35,731 nt of DNA from Dehalococcoidia bacterium (GTDB lineage: Bacteria > Chloroflexota > Dehalococcoidia > Bin125). Below the pieces are notes generated by a model. It searched no databases. It saw only the letters and a program-made list of their open reading frames with translations, and was not told the DNA's origin. Where the stretch lies: assembly GCA_007571275.1 (NCBI GenBank), contig RKRS01000050.1:1-35731 (forward strand), in the 5' to 3' direction. Shown here piece by piece: positions 18,497 to 27,178 of the stretch (position 1 is its first letter; the number at the start of each line of letters is the position of its first letter). Made by a program: the position numbers and the translations under genes.

Positions 18497-18601
18497 AGCT
18501 TGGTTCCAGACCTTCCTCGATCACAGGTAGAACGCGGCGGGGGCAAGTTCCATTCACTCTCTGACTCGATGGACGACAGCTCAATCGGCGCAGCCGCCGC
18601 G

Positions 18602-18642
18602 TCACGCTGTTGGCCGCCGTCGAGGGGCGACCAACAGCGTGA
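18602..18642 (-). other. Intercistronic stem-loop after SBP2
   Basis: Perfect 12-bp stem TCACGCTGTTGG/CCAACAGCGTGA. Confidence 0.7.
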
Positions 18643-18700
18643 TGATGACACTCGCGCCTGAGCTGATGACCAGTCGAGTCTCGTTTCGATTCGGCGCCGA

Positions 18701-20065
18701 TCAGAATCCTGGCGTGCCGGGCGGCGGCTCAGACGGCGGCGGTGTGAACTGGCACTCGAACTCGAGCTGTCGCGATACGCAGACTTCGGTTCCATGCGCC
18801 ACGATGTGCCGATCGTCGAAGAAGAATCCATCCGCGATCACGCCGTCGTGCCGCACCTCCAGCAGCGCGTCGACCACGGCGTCGGGGTCCTCGAACGTGC
18901 CGGCGGCTTGATACGCCTTGATCAGCATGTAGTAGTCGTCATAGGTCAGCAGGCTGACCGACGAGAAGGAGCGCAGCTCGTTGCCGAACTCTTCGTAACG
19001 GATCCAGTATTCAGCCGCTTGCTCACGGTCGGTCGCGCCCCAACAGATCGGCACGCAGGCCATGCCGACGGGTAGGTCTGACTGGAGTTCTCGCTTCTTG
19101 TACTCGCCGGGGTCGATCCCGAACATGAAGTAGCCGCTCTTCGCTGCGCCGATCTCCAATGCCTGAGGGATGGCCTGGATGGCGCGGTCGGGGTCGTAGA
19201 GGAACAGCACGATGTCGGGGTCGTGCGCCTTCGCGCGGGAGAACAGCGGCGAGAAGTCCGTCGTATCCGGGTCCCAGTAAATGATGTCGGGGACGGTCTG
19301 CCCGTTCGCTTCCAGCGCCCGCTTGAAGTACGGCCCCAGGAACTGCCCGGTCGCGTCGTTCAACATCAAAATCACCGAGACTTCGGAGTCCGGGTCAATC
19401 AGGTCAACCGCGCCCTTCATAACGCTGCCGCTGCGCTGCCACTCGCGCGTTTCTGTCTGGAACAGATAGCGGTTTTCACCGCCCGGCGCGGTCGCCTCCT
19501 CCGTCAGGATCTCTTCCAGCGTGCTCGAACCGGAGAAGTGCAGCACCTTGGCTGGCTGGGTGACCTTCGAACTGGCGATGGCGAAGTCGTGCGGAGTACC
19601 GCACATGCAGGCGACGATACCGACGTCACGGACGAGCTCCTGCACCAACGCCACGTGCGCATTGATGTCGCTGCGGTCGTCACGGAAATGGATGCGCAGC
19701 TTGTGCAGCTTGCCGTCGATCAGGAAGCCACCGCCCTCTTCGCAGACGCCTTGATCGATGCAGTACTGCGCTCCGGTGTTGATCTCGTGCTCGATCAGCT
19801 TGCCCGATGCTTCATAGGTGTGCCCGAAGACTTCGTAACTGCCGGAACTCGGCGCGACCACGCCGATATCGATCCAGATCACGTCCTCATCGTCCGAGGC
19901 TGCCTGTTGTGGTTCGTCTTGCTGTTGTTCGGCTGGCGCCGCGGCAGCTGGCTGCTCCTCGTCGTCGCCGCAGGCAGCGAAGATCAGCGCGACCATGACG
20001 ACGACGCTCAACAGGGCAGGCAGGACGAGCCCGCTAGGCAATACCTTCCATCTCGTTGTCGTCAT
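18701..20065 (-). CDS. Liv-type ABC substrate-binding lipoprotein (SBP2)
   Basis: AAGGAG SD; FAAC lipobox; IGVVAPSSG, RDDRSD, TTDFSPLFSRAK, AGTFEDPDAV. Confidence 0.9.
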   Translation of the reverse strand: MTTTRWKVLPSGLVLPALLSVVVMVALIFAACGDDEEQPAAAAPAEQQQDEPQQAASDDEDVIWIDIGVVAPSSGSYEVFGHTYEASGKLIEHEINTGAQYCIDQGVCEEGGGFLIDGKLHKLRIHFRDDRSDINAHVALVQELVRDVGIVACMCGTPHDFAIASSKVTQPAKVLHFSGSSTLEEILTEEATAPGGENRYLFQTETREWQRSGSVMKGAVDLIDPDSEVSVILMLNDATGQFLGPYFKRALEANGQTVPDIIYWDPDTTDFSPLFSRAKAHDPDIVLFLYDPDRAIQAIPQALEIGAAKSGYFMFGIDPGEYKKRELQSDLPVGMACVPICWGATDREQAAEYWIRYEEFGNELRSFSSVSLLTYDDYYMLIKAYQAAGTFEDPDAVVDALLEVRHDGVIADGFFFDDRHIVAHGTEVCVSRQLEFECQFTPPPSEPPPGTPGF

Positions 20066-20146
20066 GGAGTTCGCTCCTTCCGTTCACCGGAGGCGCTACC
20101 AGTCGCGTCGTTCCGGCGATCAGCGGCCTGACATCGGCAGCTCTCA

Positions 20147-20192
20147 GGCAAGATGAAAATTCCCGCACGGGATGTCAGTAAGCGCGATGACG
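20147..20192 (-). promoter_or_regulatory. Conserved promoter/operator element copy 2 (TGTCA-N10-TGACG on the + strand)
   Basis: Reverse complement CGTCATCGCGCTTACTGACATCCCGTGCGGGAATTTTCATCTTGCC matches 11111-11157; points toward SBP2. Confidence 0.7.
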
Positions 20193-20290
20193 AAACACGC
20201 TGTGCCTCTGCGCTAGCTTGACCCGCACCCTCAGAGGGCCGATCGGAGCACCGGTTGGTCCGCGCACGATGGCGAGAGGACGACAGCCAG

Positions 20291-21166
20291 ATGGATATCT
20301 TCCTCCAGCAGCTGGTACTCGGCCTGTCGATTGCCAGCGTGATTGCGCTCATCGCGATTGGCATCACGCTGATCTTTGGTCTCACCGGGATCGTCAACTT
20401 CGCCCAGGGCGAGATGTTGATGATCGGCGGCTATGCCGTCTGGGGGCTGATCGTCCAGGTCGGCTTGGGCGCTGGATTCGGCTGGTACTTCCTCGGCCTG
20501 ATGCTGGCGATCGCCGTCGTCGGCCTACTGGGCCTGGTGCTGGAGCGCGGCCTCTTCCGCTTTACGCTTCAGGAGCCAATAAACGGTTTCATCGTGTCGA
20601 TCGGACTGATCTTTATCCTCCAGCACGTCGTCGCCGGCATCTGGAACGCCGACGCGGTGGATATTCCCCGCCCGCTCAATGTCGTCTGGGATGTCGGAGA
20701 CGTGCGAGTCCTCGCCACGCGCGTGTTTGTGATCGGCACGACCATCGCCCTGTTTGCGACCACCTTCTACGGGATTCAACGCACTCGTTGGGGCCGCGCC
20801 TTGCGCGCGATCGCCACAGATCGCGACACGGCGGCCTTGATGGGCATTCCCGTCCAACGCTATGTGATGGGCATCTTCATCGTCGGCAGCGCGATCGCCG
20901 GACTGGGCGGCGGGCTCCTGATCTCCTTCTTCCCGGTCTCGCCATTTGTCGGCGCGAACTTCGTGATCAAGGGTTTCGCCGTGGCGATCATCGGCGGACT
21001 GGGCAACGTGACCGGCGCGGTGATCGCCGCCCTCTTCCTGGGGCTGCTGGAGGCGATGAGCCAGGGCTACTTCGCGCCCGCCTGGACCAATGCCTACGCG
21101 TTCGGGCTGATGATCCTGATCCTGCTCGTGCGGCCGCAGGGACTGCTGCGCGGTTCGGCTGCCTAG
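20291..21166 (+). CDS. livH: Liv-type ABC permease, LivH family (copy 2)
   Basis: GITLIFGLTGIVNFAQGE, GRALRA..DRDTAALMGI, LLVRPQGL; GAGGA SD. Confidence 0.9.
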   Translation: MDIFLQQLVLGLSIASVIALIAIGITLIFGLTGIVNFAQGEMLMIGGYAVWGLIVQVGLGAGFGWYFLGLMLAIAVVGLLGLVLERGLFRFTLQEPINGFIVSIGLIFILQHVVAGIWNADAVDIPRPLNVVWDVGDVRVLATRVFVIGTTIALFATTFYGIQRTRWGRALRAIATDRDTAALMGIPVQRYVMGIFIVGSAIAGLGGGLLISFFPVSPFVGANFVIKGFAVAIIGGLGNVTGAVIAALFLGLLEAMSQGYFAPAWTNAYAFGLMILILLVRPQGLLRGSAA

Positions 21167-21240
21167 CAGCTGTCTGCGATTGTCTGGCGCAGGCACGGCA
21201 GGTCGGGGATACATCCGAACACGCGAAAAGGAGACACCGC

Positions 21241-21660
21241 ATGGCCGCGACAATGAGCAAACAAACGATCAGTGCGGAAGGGGCTCAGCAGGTGATGTCT
21301 GCCGCCATCGCCAAGGCCAACGAGCTGGGTGTGCCCATGTCAATCGCCGTGGTCGACGACTCGGGACAGCTCAAGGCATTTCTGCGCATGGACGGCGCGA
21401 TCTTTCCGAGCGTGACGGTCGCACAGGACAAGGCCTACACCGCATCGGGATTTGGTCTGCCGACGATTCAGTGGTACGACGCGATCAAGGACGACCCTCG
21501 ACTGTTGCACGGGATCGGCTCGATATCGCGATTCACGATGCTCGGTGGAGGTCACCCGATTGTCAGCGACGGCGCGGTGATCGGCGCCATCGGAGTCAGC
21601 GGCGGTAGCTATCAGCAGGACGCGGAAGTGGCGCAAGCCGGCGCCGACGCTCTCGAGTAG
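21241..21660 (+). CDS. GlcG/HbpS family heme-binding protein
   Basis: IAVVDDSGQL, RMDGA, AQDKAYTA, GAIGVSGG..QQD; AAAGGAG SD before ATG 21241. Confidence 0.9.
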   Translation: MAATMSKQTISAEGAQQVMSAAIAKANELGVPMSIAVVDDSGQLKAFLRMDGAIFPSVTVAQDKAYTASGFGLPTIQWYDAIKDDPRLLHGIGSISRFTMLGGGHPIVSDGAVIGAIGVSGGSYQQDAEVAQAGADALE

Positions 21661-21675
21661 CGGTTTGAGGCAAAC

Positions 21676-22410
21676 TTAATCGCCGCCTGCGGCGTCCGCG
21701 GCACCCAGGTAGAGCTCACGCATCAGACCTGTTTCTCGCATCTCGTCGAGCAATCCCTGCGCGGCGATTGCACCGGTCTGCATCAGGTAGCCGCGCGCGG
21801 CGACGGCCAAGGCCAAACTCGCATTCTGCTCGACCAGCAGCACCGACGCGCCGAACTGTTCCCGCAGACCGAGGATGATCTCCTGCAGGTCGCGGACGAG
21901 GACCGGTGACAGCCCGAGTGACGGTTCATCCAGCAGCATCAGTGTGGGGCGCGCCATCAGGCCGCGCGCGATCGCAAGCATCTGTTGCTGTCCGCCGCTC
22001 AGGTCGCTGCCTTGTGAATCAAGCCGCTCGCGCAAGATCGGAAAGTAGTCCAGCACCCGCTCTAGGTCCGCCGCGACGGAGCTGCGGTCCGTCTGCACGT
22101 ACGCGCCCAGCTCGAGGTTGTCGCGCACGGTCATCCCCTGGAAAATGCGCCGACCCTCGGGTACCAGACTGATACCCGCCTTGGCCGCGCGATCGGCGGT
22201 CCAGCCAACCAGATTCGTGCCCTGATAGACGATCTCACCACTGGTCGGACGGATCAGGCCGGCAATCGCACCGAGCAATGTCGACTTGCCCGCTCCGTTG
22301 GGCCCGAGAATCGCCACGATTTCTCCGGCGTCGATGCTCAGCTCGATGCCTCGGTGCACGCGCGTGCGTCCGTATGCGGTGTGGAGGTCGTTAATCTGCA
22401 GCAGCGGCAA
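21676..22410 (-). CDS. livF: Liv-type ABC ATP-binding protein LivF
   Basis: TTG start with GGAG SD; GPNGAGKS, VPEGRRIF, LSGGQQQMLAIARGLM, DEPSLGL, VEQN. Confidence 0.93.
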   Translation of the reverse strand: MPLLQINDLHTAYGRTRVHRGIELSIDAGEIVAILGPNGAGKSTLLGAIAGLIRPTSGEIVYQGTNLVGWTADRAAKAGISLVPEGRRIFQGMTVRDNLELGAYVQTDRSSVAADLERVLDYFPILRERLDSQGSDLSGGQQQMLAIARGLMARPTLMLLDEPSLGLSPVLVRDLQEIILGLREQFGASVLLVEQNASLALAVAARGYLMQTGAIAAQGLLDEMRETGLMRELYLGAADAAGGD

Positions 22411-23161
22411 GGTCTTCTCCCAAATACACTTCCAGCACCTTGGGATCGCTACGAATCTCGTCAGGACGGCCCTCAGCGATTTTCTGACCGAAGTCCAGCA
22501 CGACCAAGCGGTCACAGATGTTCATCATCATGTTCATGTCGTGGTCGATCACCGTGATGGTCACGCCGCGCTCACGGATGGATTCGATCAGCTGACTCAG
22601 ATCGGCCGTCTCGTTGTCGTTCAGCCCGGCGGCGGGCTCGTCCGCCATCAACAGCTGCGGATGTCCGCCAATAGCGATACCGATACCGAGACGGCGCAGG
22701 TTGCCGAAGCCCAGGTTGGTCGCCTGTTCATGAGCGAACTCGCTCAGCCCAACGAATTCGATGATCTCTTCCGCGCCGTGCAGCCCATCGTATGCCTGAT
22801 CGACCCGAGCTGAGCGTGGCCGGTGCTGGCAAGCGATGCCCACGTTGTCCAGCACTGTGAGGTCCTCGAACGCCATCGCCTGCTGGAAGGTGCGGATGAT
22901 CCCGCGCCCGGCCATTGATTCCGCCGCCTGGCCGGTGATGTCCTCACCCATCCAGGTGACGGAGCCGCCGGTTGGACGATGCACCCCGGCGACGACATTG
23001 AACAGCGTCGTCTTGCCGGAGCCATTGGGTCCGATGATGCCCAAGATTTCGCCGTCGTAGATTTCCAGGTCCACGCCATCGAGCGCATGCACGCCGCCGA
23101 ACCATTTGCGCAGGCCGCGGATCTCGAGAATCGGCTCTCGTTCTTCCATCCGAATGTCCAC
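22391..23161 (-). CDS. livG: Liv-type ABC ATP-binding protein LivG
   Basis: FGGVHAL, GPNGSGKTT, RTFQ, DEPAAGL, DHDM, KVLEVYLG. Confidence 0.93.
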   Translation of the reverse strand: MDIRMEEREPILEIRGLRKWFGGVHALDGVDLEIYDGEILGIIGPNGSGKTTLFNVVAGVHRPTGGSVTWMGEDITGQAAESMAGRGIIRTFQQAMAFEDLTVLDNVGIACQHRPRSARVDQAYDGLHGAEEIIEFVGLSEFAHEQATNLGFGNLRRLGIGIAIGGHPQLLMADEPAAGLNDNETADLSQLIESIRERGVTITVIDHDMNMMMNICDRLVVLDFGQKIAEGRPDEIRSDPKVLEVYLGEDLAAAAD

Positions 23162-23218
23162 TCACGCCCCTCCGACGGCACCCGGCCAACCGCCTCAAAG
23201 TCGAGGCAAGGGTAGGAG

Positions 23219-23269
23219 TTGCGAACGTAATTCTCAAGCGTGATAATCCTGCTAGGTAATCGATTGCCT
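23219..23269 (+). promoter_or_regulatory. Sigma70-like promoter (TTGCGA-17-GATAAT) followed by a 16-bp near-palindrome AGGTAATCGATTGCCT
   Basis: -35 at 23219-23224, -10 at 23242-23247, palindrome at 23254-23269, in the livG/Crp divergent region. Confidence 0.55.
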
Positions 23270-23363
23270 CGTTTGGATCAACCCCAAAGGCCCGAGACCC
23301 ACTCAGCGGCAAGCGAGACCGAGTAGCCGTGCGCACGGGAGCGGCTCTGGGCAGGCATCGACG

Positions 23364-24111
23364 ATGGCGGAGCGACGCAGAATAGTTTGGAACGGCACGT
23401 ACATCAAGCAGGGACTGGATGTGCAGAATCAGGTCCGCGCGAACCTGATTCTGCGTGGGATGCCCTCCGAGACGCTGGCTGAGTTGCTCGACAACGCCGA
23501 ACTGGTCTACTTCGATCGCGGCGACCGGCTCGATCATTGGGTGAGTCGTGGCTACGTGATCTTCCCACTGAGCGGCATCCACGGCGGCCTGCTCGAGACC
23601 GAAGACGGCGAGTGCATTCAACCGGTCTTCGTGGGCTCCGAAGGTGTGATCGGCGGGATGCGCGCCCTGCACCGGATGCCGTTTTTCTTCAGCTTCAAAG
23701 TCCGCTTGCCAGGCGAAGCGGTCGTGCTGCCGGCGGCGATCTTTCGCCAGATCGCTGAGCGAGAGCCGGCCCTGAGAGTGGCGCTCACATATGCCTACGA
23801 CAGCAAGTTTCACCTGTCGGCCATGCACGCCGTGTGCGCTCGTTTCCACCCGCTCAGCGTGCGCTGTTGCGCTTGGCTGTCGTTGATCTACAACGAAACC
23901 GAAGACGATATCGTGCCGATCACGCACGAAGAGTTGGCTGAAGTCGTCGGCGCGACCCGGCCCGCCGTCAGCGCGGCACTTTCCCTGTTTGACCAGGCAA
24001 GGATTGGTCTCCTCGATTCGGCGAGGCGCGCTCCGCCTGCTCGATCCGGAACGGGTCGCGCAACTCGCCTGCTCATGTTGGACGACCGCGGAACCAGTCC
24101 CGGTCGAGTGA
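23364..24111 (+). pseudogene. Crp/Fnr family transcriptional regulator with a +1 frameshift near 23988-24000
   Basis: VGSEGVIG cNMP-type domain, HTH ITHEELAEVVGATRPAVS; the family-like end GLVSSIRRGALRLLDPERVAQLACSCW is in the +1 frame and stops at 24111. Start may be GTG 23421. Confidence 0.85.
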
Positions 24112-24148
24112 GACGCATAGTCGGCGCAGTTACGCCGCCAAATCTCCC

Positions 24149-24187
24149 TCTCCCCTCTGGGGGGAGAAGCCCCCTGCCTACGAGGGG
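24149..24187. repeat. REP-like double hairpin
   Basis: TCTCCCC-TCTGG-GGGGAGA then CCCCT...AGGGG; intergenic once the Crp frame is corrected. Confidence 0.5.
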
Positions 24188-24254
24188 TGGCGCCGGCAGA
24201 GGAGGGCCAGCGACAACCTTTAGCCTCTAACCAGCTGATCGTTCCTGGAGGGAG

Positions 24255-25052
24255 ATGGCGATGCCCAAGACGCTTGAAGTGAGCGGCGCGACCCTGGTCT
24301 ACGACGAGTTTGGCGAAGGTCCCGAGACAATCGTCTTCGTCCATGGGGCGGGCGGGAATCATCTCAGTTGGTGGAATCAGATTCCGCGCTTCAGCGACCG
24401 CTTCCGCTGCGTGACCTATGAGGTGCGTGGTTGGGGGCAGAGTCAGGACATCTCCGGCGAGGGTCGCACAGCGTTTGCCCGCGATCTCGGCGAGTTGATG
24501 GATCAGTTGGACATTGCCCGCGCAGCGCTGGTCGGGCAGTCGATGGGTGGGTTTTCCATCCTGCCCTACGCCGCTCGCCATCCCGAGCGGGTGACCGCGC
24601 TGCTCATGGCCGACACGATGCTGGGCATCGGCGATCAGGAGCTGCTGGACGCGATGCGAGTTGCGACTGCGGCGGCGGCCGAGAACGCGCGGCTCGGCGG
24701 GATGACTCGCATGGTGGGGTCGGCGTACCTGGAGCGATCGCCGGCCGGAGTCTTCCTCTACAACCAGATTCGCGCGCTCAACCCGCCACTCGATCTTGAC
24801 CGCCCACTTTCATTCGGCGTCGAGGATGGAGCGATTCCGCTGGATGAGCTCTCGGCGCTGACCATGCCGATCGTCTTCCTGGCTGGCGCGGAAGATGCGA
24901 TCATTCCCGCCGACGTGATTCGTCGAGCTGCGGAGATGGCGCCAGGCGCGCGCTACGTCGAGATTCCGACCGGCGGACACTCCGTCTATTGGGAATTGCC
25001 GGACGAATTCAACGCCGTCCTGGAAGAGCTGCTGGCCGAGGCGTATGGCTAG
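24255..25052 (+). CDS. Alpha/beta fold hydrolase
   Basis: FVHGAGG, RGWGQS, GQSMGG nucleophile elbow, GAED, GHSVYWE. Confidence 0.92.
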   Translation: MAMPKTLEVSGATLVYDEFGEGPETIVFVHGAGGNHLSWWNQIPRFSDRFRCVTYEVRGWGQSQDISGEGRTAFARDLGELMDQLDIARAALVGQSMGGFSILPYAARHPERVTALLMADTMLGIGDQELLDAMRVATAAAAENARLGGMTRMVGSAYLERSPAGVFLYNQIRALNPPLDLDRPLSFGVEDGAIPLDELSALTMPIVFLAGAEDAIIPADVIRRAAEMAPGARYVEIPTGGHSVYWELPDEFNAVLEELLAEAYG

Positions 25053-25084
25053 CATTGAGGGCCACAGCGATTGAGGAATGACCG

Positions 25085-26113
25085 ATGAGCCAAATCACCG
25101 ATGATCCCCGCATTGACCCGCGGATCAAGGAAATGTTCGGCGATCTGCCCAACTTCCCCTTGCCCAACTTCGATTCGCGCGACGCGCTTCTCGCCGCCAT
25201 GAATGCGCCCGAGACGCTGGCTGCCGTGGAGAACATGACCCTCTTCAGCGAGGCGGAAGCAGAAGCGGTCGCGCCCTCGGACGAGTTGACGATCACCACC
25301 GAGACCTTTGTCTCGCAACCCGATGGCAACACGATCAACGTGTTGCTGATCCGACCTGAGGCCGACGCGCCACTGCCCTGCGTCTACTACATACACGGCG
25401 GCGGGATGGCGCTGATGTCCTGCTTCGACTTCACCTACCAGTCCTGGGGGCGGATGATCGCCAACCAGGGCGTGGCCGTAGCCATGGTCGACTTCCGCAA
25501 CTGCGTGGTACCTTCCTCAGCGCCTGAGGTTGCGCCCTACCCCGCCGGTCTCAATGACTGCGTCTCGGGCCTCAAGTGGCTGATCTCGAACGCGAGCGAG
25601 TTCGGCATCGACGCGAATCGGATCGTCGTCGCCGGCGAGAGCGGCGGCGGCAACCTGACGCTTGCCGTCGGTCTGCGACTCACGCGTGAGGGCGATGCCG
25701 GACTGATCGCGGGCTTGTATTCAATGTGCCCCTACATCGCCGGCAGTTGGCCGCGCGATGATCTGCCCTCATCGATTGAGAACAACGGCCTGGTACTCGA
25801 TCTGCACAGTAACTTCGGCGCTCTGGGTTACGGGATGGACGCCTTCGACGCGCAGGACCCGGAAGCCTGGCCGCTCTTCGCCAACGAGGAGCACGTGCAG
25901 GGCTTCCCGAACACGGTGATCAGCGTCAACGAGTGCGACCCACTGCGTGACGAAGGTCTTGAGTTCTATCGATTGCTGCTGCGGGCAGGACAGTCCGCGC
26001 GTTGTCGGCAGGTGATGGGCACTACCCACGGTGGCGATAACATGGTGCTGCCCTGCACCGACTTGGCATTGTCGACCGCCCGCGATATGGCCGCGTTCTG
26101 TCGGGGGGACTAG
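25085..26113 (+). CDS. HSL/family IV esterase-lipase
   Basis: HGGG, GESGGG, ECDPLRDEG, THG catalytic His. Confidence 0.92.
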   Translation: MSQITDDPRIDPRIKEMFGDLPNFPLPNFDSRDALLAAMNAPETLAAVENMTLFSEAEAEAVAPSDELTITTETFVSQPDGNTINVLLIRPEADAPLPCVYYIHGGGMALMSCFDFTYQSWGRMIANQGVAVAMVDFRNCVVPSSAPEVAPYPAGLNDCVSGLKWLISNASEFGIDANRIVVAGESGGGNLTLAVGLRLTREGDAGLIAGLYSMCPYIAGSWPRDDLPSSIENNGLVLDLHSNFGALGYGMDAFDAQDPEAWPLFANEEHVQGFPNTVISVNECDPLRDEGLEFYRLLLRAGQSARCRQVMGTTHGGDNMVLPCTDLALSTARDMAAFCRGD

Positions 26114-26163
26114 CGCTCTCCCTCCGTTTCATGTGTATTGGCGTGTAGGTTTCTGGAACGATC

Positions 26164-27084
26164 ATGGCGCTCGGTTTGCATACCCCGCGGACGCGGGCGA
26201 TTACCCGATTGAATGCAGTCTCGGATGTTGTTGAGACTGAGTGCGGGCCGGTTGAGTTTGCCCGACGCGGAAATCCTCCCTACGTGTTGATCATGCACGG
26301 CACGCCGCAGGGTCACCATGCGAGTTTCATCGGTGAGCCGTTCGAGGAGGCCGGCTTCGGCACGATTACCCCATCCCGACCCGGATACATACGGACGCCG
26401 CTGACGACTGGCCGGACACCGGCGGAACAGGCCGACGCCGCGGCGGCGCTGTTGGACGCACTCGAGATCGACCAGGTGGCTGTCTATGGAATCTCGGGCG
26501 GCGGACCCAGCAGTATCGAATTCGCCGCCCGACATCCCGAGCGGGCGCAGGCCCTGATTCTCGAGGTAGCGATTTCACATGCGTTTCAGCCAGATGTCTC
26601 CGAGCGCGTCATCAAGCTGTCGGTACATCCACTGGTGCTCTGGATCGCGAAGCGGACGCTGCAGTGGTTGCCGCGCGTCGGAGTCGGGCAGTTTGTCAAG
26701 ACAGAGAGCACCCTGGACGACGCAGAACGGGCCCGGGTGACGAACGACATTCTGGCGACGCCGTCGAAGCTCGCACTGCTCCGTCGCCTGATCAACAGCC
26801 AACCGCCGCCCAACCTGTTGCTGGACGGGTTTGACAACGATCTCAGGCAATTCCGCGAGATTGAGCGTCTGCCACTGAGCGAGGTTCGTTGTCCGACGCT
26901 TGTGGTTCATGGCACGCACGACCGCGACGTGCCATTCAGCCACGCCGAGCACTCGGCGAACGAGATACCGGGCGCTGAACTGTTTCGAGTGGAGAAGGGT
27001 TGGCATTTGCTCGCGCTGAGTGACAACGCGGACGCCTACATCCAGGCCGAGATCGATTTCCTCCACCGACATCTGGGTCCGTAG
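26164..27084 (+). CDS. Alpha/beta fold hydrolase
   Basis: MHGTP, PSRPGY, GISGGG, HGTHD, GWH. Confidence 0.9.
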   Translation: MALGLHTPRTRAITRLNAVSDVVETECGPVEFARRGNPPYVLIMHGTPQGHHASFIGEPFEEAGFGTITPSRPGYIRTPLTTGRTPAEQADAAAALLDALEIDQVAVYGISGGGPSSIEFAARHPERAQALILEVAISHAFQPDVSERVIKLSVHPLVLWIAKRTLQWLPRVGVGQFVKTESTLDDAERARVTNDILATPSKLALLRRLINSQPPPNLLLDGFDNDLRQFREIERLPLSEVRCPTLVVHGTHDRDVPFSHAEHSANEIPGAELFRVEKGWHLLALSDNADAYIQAEIDFLHRHLGP

Positions 27085-27178
27085 CGCGCCCGTGAAACGG
27101 CCTGAGCTCGTTAGCTACATTGCAGTGACCGACAGCAACGGGACGACAACCAACTGACTGCAAGTGAGGCCTGCCCCG

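Noticed and set aside
20066-20152. Glycine riboswitch-like words (CACCGGAGGCGC ... CTCTCAGGCAA), with weaker ones near 11230-11252
   Set aside because: The conserved CCGAAG and GGAGA elements are missing, and the region is better explained as the SBP2 leader on the opposite strand. An Rfam scan would settle it.
20218-21660. 480-aa ORF suggesting a long N-terminal extension on the GlcG/HbpS protein
   Set aside because: The first 341 codons are an alternative frame of livH2; an AAAGGAG SD marks the real start at 21241.
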